From positions 779,215 to 843,214 of the forward strand of contig CAVWWD010000008.1 in the NCBI GenBank assembly GCA_963758635.1: a stretch of 64,000 nucleotides of DNA, read 5' to 3'. Within the stretch, counting starts at the first letter, position 1, and the number at the start of each line of letters is the position of its first letter. Below the pieces are notes generated by a model. It ran no database searches, was not told where the DNA came from, and was given only the letters and a program-made list of their open reading frames with translations. Positions 17,608 to 24,840 of this stretch are shown piece by piece. Position numbers and translations under genes: made by a program. The stretch is from an uncultured Candidatus Rokubacteria bacterium. GTDB lineage: Bacteria; Methylomirabilota; Methylomirabilia; Rokubacteriales; CSP1-6.

Positions 17608-18588
17608 ATGATCGGTCTGAGACGAGCGATGATCGGTGCACTGGTGGCGGCTGCGGGGCTGCTGGCGCAGCCAGCCCAAGCCGTGCAATTCACATGGTCC
17701 CAGCACGGAGGCTTCGAGTTCGGCAGCGGCACGCTCCGGGCCGGAGGCTTCTTCGGGGCCGACCTGCCGGCGGTGGCCGGCAACGGAGGGCTCGAGTACT
17801 TCGGGCCCCAGGGCGGGAACGCTCCCGCCAACACCTACCGCACGATCGGGTGGGGCTGCCCGCCCGACGGCAACGCCGATGGGAGCGTGGACGAGGCCAC
17901 CTGCGCCGGCGGCGTGTCGGCGGAGGTGTTGGCCGCCAGCGACCCCGCGACGAACGCCGCGAGGAGCTCGCTGGTCGTGGACGTGTTCAACAGCGGCGAG
18001 AGCGGCGTGCTGGACTCCGAGACGGAAGTCTGGCGGGTGATCTCGAGGATCACCCACAACAACACCGTGCTCGACAACGAGGGCAACTTGCTCGCCACCG
18101 TGTCGATCGCCGCCAGACTCATCGTGGACGCGGTCCCGCCCGTCGACGACCCCGACACCATTCCCATCGGCTTCCTCGAGACGCTCAACGTCAGTGACTG
18201 CACCGAGACATCGGACCCGCTCGGCTCGCAGTGCGACGACGTGTTCACGTTCGCCGGCGACTTCAATGCGGTGCCGTTCTCGCACGGGGGCGAGGACTTC
18301 GCCCTCGAGTTCCGCCTGCGCCCCACCGCGGCGTGCTCGACGCCCGCGGGAAGCCAGGGCACCATCGCGATCTTCCAGTGCTTCGACAGTCCCGACCACC
18401 GCATCGCGATCGACCTCGCCAATTTCCAGGCGTGGGCGATGGAGGGCTTCGACAGCGCCTTTCAGGTCGAGATGCGAGTGGTCGGCACCCCGCGTACGGA
18501 CGTCCCCATGCCCGCAGGAGTTGTGCTCATCGTGGCCGGAATCGCCGGCTGGGGGATTCGCGCCTGGCGCCGCCGCGGGATGGCGTGA
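17608..18588 (+). CDS. secreted protein with VPLPA/PEP-CTERM-type C-terminal sorting signal
   Basis: ATG 17608 after GGGAGGAG. Signal peptide MIGLRRAMIGALVAAAGLLAQPAQA. C-terminus VPMPAGVVLIVAGIAGWGIRAWRRRG is motif + TM + Arg cluster. An internal ITHNN motif resembles THxN-type PEP-CTERM proteins (from memory). Confidence 0.65.
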   Translation: MIGLRRAMIGALVAAAGLLAQPAQAVQFTWSQHGGFEFGSGTLRAGGFFGADLPAVAGNGGLEYFGPQGGNAPANTYRTIGWGCPPDGNADGSVDEATCAGGVSAEVLAASDPATNAARSSLVVDVFNSGESGVLDSETEVWRVISRITHNNTVLDNEGNLLATVSIAARLIVDAVPPVDDPDTIPIGFLETLNVSDCTETSDPLGSQCDDVFTFAGDFNAVPFSHGGEDFALEFRLRPTAACSTPAGSQGTIAIFQCFDSPDHRIAIDLANFQAWAMEGFDSAFQVEMRVVGTPRTDVPMPAGVVLIVAGIAGWGIRAWRRRGMA

Positions 18589-18637
18589 GCGCCGGACCAC
18601 GTCGCGCGTGATCGCTCCCGGCGGCAGTCGAACTTCT

Positions 18638-18749
18638 TGACCCTCGCATAGCACTGAGACACGGCCGGCGCCGTTCACGCGGCGCCGGCCGTGAGCGCTT
18701 CGCCGAGGCGGAGGGGTTCGGGGCGGGCAGGGAGCTGCCTTCGGCTTCA
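18638..18749 (-). repeat. possible divergent member of the Z repeat family
   Basis: On the minus strand it begins at the deacylase stop (TGAAGCC) and ends TATGCGAGGGTCA. That shares the 11-nt TGCGAGGGTCA terminus with Z copies. The interior is different and is occupied by the 13-bp hairpin. Confidence 0.3.
18661..18692. terminator. strong GC hairpin between convergent genes
   Basis: ACGGCCGGCGCCG-ttcacg-CGGCGCCGGCCGT, a perfect 13-bp stem. No U tract. Confidence 0.5.
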
Positions 18750-20429
18750 GCCGCGCCGGCTGGCCCGCAGCACCCGGCCCGGGAGCGCGCCGGTGTGCTG
18801 GTTCCCGCTGAACACGACTTGTCCGTTCACCACGACGTGATCCACGCCCTCGGCGCGCTGGATGCGGCGCTGGGTGCCCGACGGCCCGTCGTTGGTCGCC
18901 TCGTCCTCGCCCACCCCGATGCGCGCCAGGTCGAACACCATGAGGTCGGCGGCCATGCCCTCGTGGATGAGGCCGCGGTCGGAGAGGCCGAGGATGCGGG
19001 CGGGCTGGAATGTCATGCGACGGACGGCGTCCTCCAGCGTCATCAGCTCGCGCTCGCGGACCCACTGGCTCAGCACGTAGCTGGACTCGCCCGCCGTGCA
19101 GAAGTTCGTGTTGAGGTGCGCGCCGGCGTCGGACTGGGACGGCAGCGCGTGCCCGCGCTTGACCATGTCGGCCAGCGCAGCCTCCTCCTCGGCCGATCGC
19201 GTCCCGAGCTGGAACTCGGTGGCGAGGTCTTCCTCGAGCGCCAGGTCGAGCATCACGTCGGCCACGTGCCGGCCTGTCTGGTCGGCGATGTCCTTCAGCC
19301 CGCGGCCAAGGAGCGCGCGATTCTTATCGAGCTTCACGTGGTTGACCACGATCGAAGCCCAGGACACGTAGCGGCCGGGCACGCCGGGCCGGCGCCGCTG
19401 CCGCTGCGTCGCCGCCTCGCGGAGCGCGGCGCGCCGCTCCGGGGAGCGCAGCGCGGCCAGCTTCGCCTCATGAGGCAGGTCCATGACGGCGTCCCAGACG
19501 TCGAGGTTCTTGAAGAACGTGGTGTGCCGGAGGGTGAAGCGCGGGTTGAAGGGGGTCGCACGTAGCAGGTTGTAGAGCTCCAGGCCGTCCTGCGCGGCCG
19601 ACTCGACGAAGTCGCGGGCGTGGGCGTCGAAGCCCAGGAAGAAGACGGGCCGGCCGCTCGCGCGCGCCACGTCGCGCAGGTGCTTCTGGTCGGCCTCGTC
19701 CGGCCGGGCCACCGACGGGGGCAGGATCTCGATGACGCCGCGGTTGTAGTCGCCGAGCGTCCGGGCCAGCGCCAGGCGCTCGGCGTCGTCGGCGAGTCGG
19801 CTCGGGACGGGCGCGCCCGTTGGGCCGGCGTGGGTCGGCGAGTTCGTGGTGCTCCATCCCCAGGCGCCGGCCTCCAGCGACTCGGCGAGCAGCCGCTGCA
19901 TCGCGGCGATCTCGCCGGCGGTGGCCGCCCGGTCCCACGACGCCTCGCCCATGGCGCCGAGGCGCAGCGGGTTGTGCCCGACGAGCGGCACCAGGTTGAG
20001 CCCGAGCCCCTGGTCGATGGCGTCCAGGTAGTCCCCGAAGTTCTCCCACGTCCACGGGATCACCGCGGCGAGGGACGCCACCGGCAGGTCCTCCACGCAG
20101 CAGAACGTGGCCAGCATCCCCTCGCGGTGCTCGGGCTTCAGCGGGGCAAGGGTCAACCCGCAGTTGCCCATCAGGACGGTGGTGACGCCGTGCCAGATGG
20201 ACGACGTGCAGAGCTTGTCCCAGAACGGCTGCGCGTCGTAGTGCGTGTGGGTGTCGATCATGCCGGGGGCCACGAAGCGCCCCTCCGCGTCGATCGTCGT
20301 GGCCGCCGCGCCGCGGATGCGTCCCACCTCCACGATGCGGCCGTCCCGGATCGCGACGTCCGCGCGATACCTCGGGAAGCCGGTCCCGTCGACGACCATG
20401 CCGTTCGTGATGACCAGGTCGAAGGCCAT
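18747..20429 (-). CDS. N-acyl-D-amino-acid deacylase family amidohydrolase
   Basis: Start MAFDLVITNGMVVDGTG at 20429 after GAGGAGA. 560 aa: PGMIDTHTHYD metal site, VTTVLMGNCG, SQSDAGAHL, typical D-aminoacylase layout. Confidence 0.85.
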   Translation of the reverse strand: MAFDLVITNGMVVDGTGFPRYRADVAIRDGRIVEVGRIRGAAATTIDAEGRFVAPGMIDTHTHYDAQPFWDKLCTSSIWHGVTTVLMGNCGLTLAPLKPEHREGMLATFCCVEDLPVASLAAVIPWTWENFGDYLDAIDQGLGLNLVPLVGHNPLRLGAMGEASWDRAATAGEIAAMQRLLAESLEAGAWGWSTTNSPTHAGPTGAPVPSRLADDAERLALARTLGDYNRGVIEILPPSVARPDEADQKHLRDVARASGRPVFFLGFDAHARDFVESAAQDGLELYNLLRATPFNPRFTLRHTTFFKNLDVWDAVMDLPHEAKLAALRSPERRAALREAATQRQRRRPGVPGRYVSWASIVVNHVKLDKNRALLGRGLKDIADQTGRHVADVMLDLALEEDLATEFQLGTRSAEEEAALADMVKRGHALPSQSDAGAHLNTNFCTAGESSYVLSQWVRERELMTLEDAVRRMTFQPARILGLSDRGLIHEGMAADLMVFDLARIGVGEDEATNDGPSGTQRRIQRAEGVDHVVVNGQVVFSGNQHTGALPGRVLRASRRG

Positions 20430-20571
20430 GCGCTGTCTCCTCACATGCGCGCGACGCGCGCGTCCGCGAGAACGAGGGAGAGGGGATCCGCTGCCGAGGA
20501 TAGGCCGGAACGGGGTCGCCGGACAAGACGCCACCGCGCGGTCTCGGGCTGTGAGAGCTGCAGGTCGAGGA

Positions 20572-22983
20572 TCACGCGGAGAGTGCCTGATCGCACGGCA
20601 GCTCGACATGAAGCGTCAGGCCCCTGGCGTCGTTCCGCGTGGCCCAGATGCGCCCGTCATGCGCCTCCACGATCGAGCGACTGATGGCCAGCCCCATCCC
20701 CAGCCCCTGCGGCTTCGTGCTGACGAAAGGCTCGAAGAGGCTCTCCAGCTCCGAGGGCTCGACCCCGACCCCGCTGTCACGGATCGCGAGGGCGATGCGC
20801 CCCGCCACCGTCTGCTTGGTGTCGATCCGGATCTCGCGCGTGCCGTCCGCGGCGAGGGCAATGGCCTCCGTCGCGTTGACGACGAGGTTCAGGACGACCT
20901 GTCGGAGTTGAACGGGATCTCCGGAAACGGGCGGCAGCGCCTCTCCGCGTGTGAAGCGCACGGCGATGCTCTTTCCCTGGATGTCGCCCCGGAGCAGGGC
21001 CAGCACGTCGTCGACCAGCGCATTGATGTCCACCGCGGCGCGCGCCGCCTGTTCCTTGCGGAACAGGGCGCGCAGCCGGTGTATCGTCTGCGAGGCGCGC
21101 TTGGCATCATCGGCGATGTCGATGAGCGCGTCCTCGAGCTCGCGTGGCTTCGCGGGCTCGATGGCCAGGAGTCGCCGCGCCGCGTCGGCATTCGCCACGA
21201 TGCCCGCCAAGGGCTGATTGATCTCGTGGGCGATCGACACGGTCAGCTCGCCCAGCGTCGCAACGCGCAGCGCATGCGCGAGCTCGTCACGCTGGCGCTG
21301 CACCTCCTCCTCGGCCTGCCGCTGACGCTCCTCGCTCTCCCGCGCGGCGCTCTCGGCTCGGTGGCGCGCCAGGACGTTCGCGAAGACGTCCGCGAGCAGC
21401 CGCAGCCGAGCCATGAGCTCGTCGGGCCACTCCCGCTCTCCGCGTAACCGGCTGAATGCGAGCGCTCCCACGACGGCCCCGTTCACGACGAGAGGCACAG
21501 CGGCCACCGAGCGGACGCCGAGCTCGGCGAGGCTCCGGCGGTCGCGCGCGGCCTCCTCCGGGAGCTCGTCGAGGCGCGAGATCCTGACCGGGTCGCCATG
21601 GGACAAGCGCCTCCCCATCCACGGCCAGCCGTGAGCGTCGAGGGGTATCGTGACGGGCATGAAGCCGGCGCGCGTCCACGAGTGCGTGACGCGCAAGGTA
21701 TCCGTCCCCTTGGTCCGCTCGCCCAGCGTCGCCCGATCGAGGTCCAGCGCCTCGACGACTCGCTGCAGCATGCGCTGGATCCGCTCGTCGACCGAGGTCG
21801 AGGGCACGGTGAGAAACTCCGCGGACACCTCGGACATCAGCGTCTCGAACTGGAGACGCTGGGCGAGGATGCCCTGCGCGTGCTGGCGCTGAGCGCGGGC
21901 CACGAGCAGGCCGACGATGAGGGCGCTCTGCAGCACGAGCAGGCCCGCGCCGACCGCGATGTGCCACTTGTACCGGTCCCAGAGCGACGGGGGCCGAAAG
22001 TGGATCACGCTGCCCGCGGGAAGCCGTGTCTCGGGGAGCCCCCAGCGCTGGAGCTGACGCCAATCGAAGAGGTCCCGGTAGGCTGCGGACTCAACCACGG
22101 GAATGCGCGCGGGAGGGTCGCCTCGGAGGATCCGCAGCCCGAGCTTCGCGGCGTGCTGGCCGTGCGCGTCGATGCTGTAGACATGGCCACCGACCGCTCC
22201 GGCTCCCACGTACTGATCCACCGACACGTAGACGGGAGCGTTGGCGAGGCCGGTGATCGCCGCGAGAGCCTGGTGGGGGATGAACGCGCGTCCCGCGCCG
22301 TCGGCGAAGATCGTCAGGTAGAGGACGACGCTGTGGGGCGGGAGGGTCGACAGCGTCTTCAGCAGCTCACCCATGGGCAGCGCGGTGAGATAGGTGATGG
22401 CGACGCGGTGCTCGAAGCGGGCAAGGTCGCGGCGTGCGATGGCCTGCAGCTGGCGGTCGAAGGTCGAGGTGCCGCCCACGACGAAGAGGGTGCGAGTGTC
22501 CGGCTGAAGCCCGAGCGCGGCCTCGACCGTCGGCGCGAACGTGCGCTTGAGCACCACCCCGGTGACGTTCTTGCCGAGCGTCCTCCCGCCGAGGTCGGAT
22601 GGGTCGACTCCGCAGAAGACGATGGGGACCCCCGGAAACAACCCGGGCCCGTGCCGCAGCAGGAAGTCGAGGGAAGGCCCCATGACCGCCACGATGAGGT
22701 CCAGGCGGGTGCCGGCATATTTCCGCCGGAAGGAGTCACGCAGCACCGCATCGTGCCCCGGGTCCGTGAACTGCGAGAGGCTCAGCGACTCGCTGTAGAA
22801 CTCGACGTCGGTCTTGAGCTCCGACCGGAAGGTCTCGCGCAGGCTGCGATTGATCATGCCCAGGCCCGGGAAGTCCTTGTCCTCGTCGAACACGAGGAGC
22901 ACATTCTTGCGGGTGTCGGCCGATGACAGGCCTGGCAGCAGCAGCAGAGTCAGGAGCGCGAGCGTGAGAGCTCGGACGGTCAG
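20572..22983 (-). CDS. sensor histidine kinase with periplasmic ABC-substrate-binding-like domain and GAF domain
   Basis: Signal/TM LTLALLTLLLLPGLSSA, a periplasmic domain, TM HIAVGAGLLVLQSALIVGLLV, a GAF-like region, H-box SIAHEINQPL, N-box LNLVVNATEAI, G-boxes DSGVGV and GLGMGLAISR. No in-frame ATG/GTG/TTG near the N-terminus; CTG at 22983 follows GGGGAGG. No response regulator nearby. Confidence 0.8.
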   Translation of the reverse strand: MTVRALTLALLTLLLLPGLSSADTRKNVLLVFDEDKDFPGLGMINRSLRETFRSELKTDVEFYSESLSLSQFTDPGHDAVLRDSFRRKYAGTRLDLIVAVMGPSLDFLLRHGPGLFPGVPIVFCGVDPSDLGGRTLGKNVTGVVLKRTFAPTVEAALGLQPDTRTLFVVGGTSTFDRQLQAIARRDLARFEHRVAITYLTALPMGELLKTLSTLPPHSVVLYLTIFADGAGRAFIPHQALAAITGLANAPVYVSVDQYVGAGAVGGHVYSIDAHGQHAAKLGLRILRGDPPARIPVVESAAYRDLFDWRQLQRWGLPETRLPAGSVIHFRPPSLWDRYKWHIAVGAGLLVLQSALIVGLLVARAQRQHAQGILAQRLQFETLMSEVSAEFLTVPSTSVDERIQRMLQRVVEALDLDRATLGERTKGTDTLRVTHSWTRAGFMPVTIPLDAHGWPWMGRRLSHGDPVRISRLDELPEEAARDRRSLAELGVRSVAAVPLVVNGAVVGALAFSRLRGEREWPDELMARLRLLADVFANVLARHRAESAARESEERQRQAEEEVQRQRDELAHALRVATLGELTVSIAHEINQPLAGIVANADAARRLLAIEPAKPRELEDALIDIADDAKRASQTIHRLRALFRKEQAARAAVDINALVDDVLALLRGDIQGKSIAVRFTRGEALPPVSGDPVQLRQVVLNLVVNATEAIALAADGTREIRIDTKQTVAGRIALAIRDSGVGVEPSELESLFEPFVSTKPQGLGMGLAISRSIVEAHDGRIWATRNDARGLTLHVELPCDQALSA

Positions 22984-23157
22984 GGCACACCTCCCCAGCG
23001 CAGTCGCTGAAGCACGCCCACCGTAGGGGGCGGCCGGTCCAGTGTCAAGCGGGCGCAGGGCGCCGGCCTGGGGGCGTCGGGCACCGGTCCCACCCTTCGA
23101 TGGGGTGCGCGAGGCGAGAGGAGGACGAGGGACGGGGACCGAGGGGGCCGCGGCGAC

Positions 23158-23163
23158 TATACT
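23158..23163 (+). promoter_or_regulatory. putative -10 box TATACT
   Basis: cgaCTATACTact lies 37 nt upstream of GTG 23200. The same CTATACT heptamer recurs at 42467-42473. Confidence 0.25.
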
Positions 23164-23199
23164 ACTGGCGCTTCTACACCCGACCGCCAGGAGGAGACC

Positions 23200-24177
23200 G
23201 TGGCCAAGATCATCACGCCGCCTCAGCCGGCCCCCGTCATGGAGATCGCGCGCGAGCTGCTGCCCCCGGGCATGGAGCTCGTCGTGGCCGACCCGAGCAA
23301 GCCGGAGTTCTACGATGCCGTCGGCGACGCCGACTACTACCTGGGCTCGCCCCGCCAGGGCATCGGCAACGAGTTCTTCCGCGCCGCGCCCCGGCTCAAG
23401 CTGGTGCAGCTGACGAGCGCGGGCTACGACCGCGTGGACGTCGAGGCGGCCCGCAAGGCGGGGGTGCCGGTGGCCAACAACGGCGGCGCCAACTCCGTGG
23501 CGGTGGCCGAGCACGCCGTCATGCTGATGCTCGCCGTGCTCAAGCGGCTCGTCCGCAACCACATCGACGTCGTGGCGGGCAAGTGGCGCACCGCGGAGTT
23601 CGCGGCCACGCGCCTGTACGAGGTCGAGGGCAAGCGCCTGGGGATCGTCGGCCTCGGCAACATCGGCAAGAAGGTGGCCCGCCGCGTCCAGGGCTTCGAC
23701 ATGGACGTGCGCTACTACAACGTCCTCCGCCTGACCGAGGACCAGGAGGACGCCCTGGGCGTGCGCTACGCCCTCTTCGCGGAGCTGCTCCGCACGTCGG
23801 ACATCGTCACGCTGCACGTGCCCCTCAACGACGTGACGCGCAAGATGATGTCGACGAAGCAGTTCGCGATGATGAAGCCCACCGCGATCCTCATCAACAC
23901 CTGCCGCGGGCCGGTGGTGGACGAGGATGCCCTCCATCACGCGCTCACGTCGAAGACGATCGCCGCGGCGGGCCTCAACGTCATGGTCGAGGAGCCGCCC
24001 AAGCCGAGCCACCCGCTCTTCTCGCTCCCGAACGTGACCCTCACGCCCCACAGCGCGGGACCCACGTGGGACAACTGGACGAAGGCGTACCGGAACGGCT
24101 TCGACAACATCCAGCGCGTCGAGGACGGCGGGGCACCGCTCTGGGTGGTCCCCGAGCTGCGCAGCCTGCTCGCCTGA
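23200..24177 (+). CDS. D-isomer-specific 2-hydroxyacid dehydrogenase family protein
   Basis: GTG start after AGGAGGAG. 325 aa. NAD motif GIVGLGNIGKKVARR. Also LINTCRGPVVDE and TPHSAG. Confidence 0.9.
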   Translation: MAKIITPPQPAPVMEIARELLPPGMELVVADPSKPEFYDAVGDADYYLGSPRQGIGNEFFRAAPRLKLVQLTSAGYDRVDVEAARKAGVPVANNGGANSVAVAEHAVMLMLAVLKRLVRNHIDVVAGKWRTAEFAATRLYEVEGKRLGIVGLGNIGKKVARRVQGFDMDVRYYNVLRLTEDQEDALGVRYALFAELLRTSDIVTLHVPLNDVTRKMMSTKQFAMMKPTAILINTCRGPVVDEDALHHALTSKTIAAAGLNVMVEEPPKPSHPLFSLPNVTLTPHSAGPTWDNWTKAYRNGFDNIQRVEDGGAPLWVVPELRSLLA

Positions 24178-24256
24178 TGAGCCCCGCGCATCAAGACGAA
24201 TGCCGAGCGGTGGGACTGTAGAGGCCCGTGGCGGTTACCGCATTCTGCGAGGGTCA
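24178..24256 (+). repeat. Z repeat, copy A (~78-nt family)
   Basis: TGAGCCCCGCGCATCAAGACGAATGCCGAGCGGTGGGACTGTAGAGGCCCGTGGCGGTTACCGCATTCTGCGAGGGTCA. It starts immediately after the dehydrogenase stop codon (24175-24177). Confidence 0.8.
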
Positions 24257-24397
24257 TTAGCAGGCTGCTGCCGGCTTCGCGTACAATCGCGGGCGCGTGG
24301 ACCTTCCGGACGGGAAGGTCGCGCGGCGGCGCGAATCGGCTGATCACGGGCGCGGTCCGTCCCCCGCGTGCGACGGGCTGACGCGAAGGAGGATCTC

Positions 24398-24823
24398 ATG
24401 GCAATCCAGACGCAGGAGCAGCGGGTACGGCCGACCACGGGCACCCACGTGGTGCGCGTCCAGCACGAGGGCCTCGTTACCGCCGACGCCGAGCGGTCGA
24501 AGGACTTCTACTGCCGCGTGTTCGGCTGGCAGGTGCTGGACCGCCCGGCGTTCAAGGTCGGGGGGTACTGGATCGGGACGCCGGGCATCTTCCCGCAGAT
24601 CCACATCATCCAGTCCGACCAGGTGCCGCCGGGGCCGGGCGCGCCGATCCTCCCGATCGTCCGGCACACCGCCTTCGAGGTGGCCGACTACGCCGCGATG
24701 AAGGCCACGCTCGAGCGGGAAGGCATCCCATACGTCGAGAACACCCAGCCCGGCGGACGCGTGCAGATGCTCTGCAACGATCCCGACGGCAACACGCTGG
24801 AGTTCCAGCCCGCCACCGTCTGA
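24398..24823 (+). CDS. VOC (glyoxalase/bleomycin-resistance/dioxygenase) family protein
   Basis: ATG 24398 after AAGGAGG. VQHEGLVTADAERSKDFYCRVFGW...HTAFEVADYAAMKATLEREGIPY...CNDPDGNTLEF. Confidence 0.8.
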   Translation: MAIQTQEQRVRPTTGTHVVRVQHEGLVTADAERSKDFYCRVFGWQVLDRPAFKVGGYWIGTPGIFPQIHIIQSDQVPPGPGAPILPIVRHTAFEVADYAAMKATLEREGIPYVENTQPGGRVQMLCNDPDGNTLEFQPATV

Positions 24824-24840
24824 TCCCGGACTCGACGCCC

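Noticed and set aside
24178-24256. Z repeat as a tRNA-derived attachment site. The reverse complement contains ...ACAGTCCCACCGCTCGGCA, reminiscent of a T-arm/acceptor 3' end.
   Set aside because: No complementary T-stem 5' half or acceptor partner can be formed, and no integrase is nearby.
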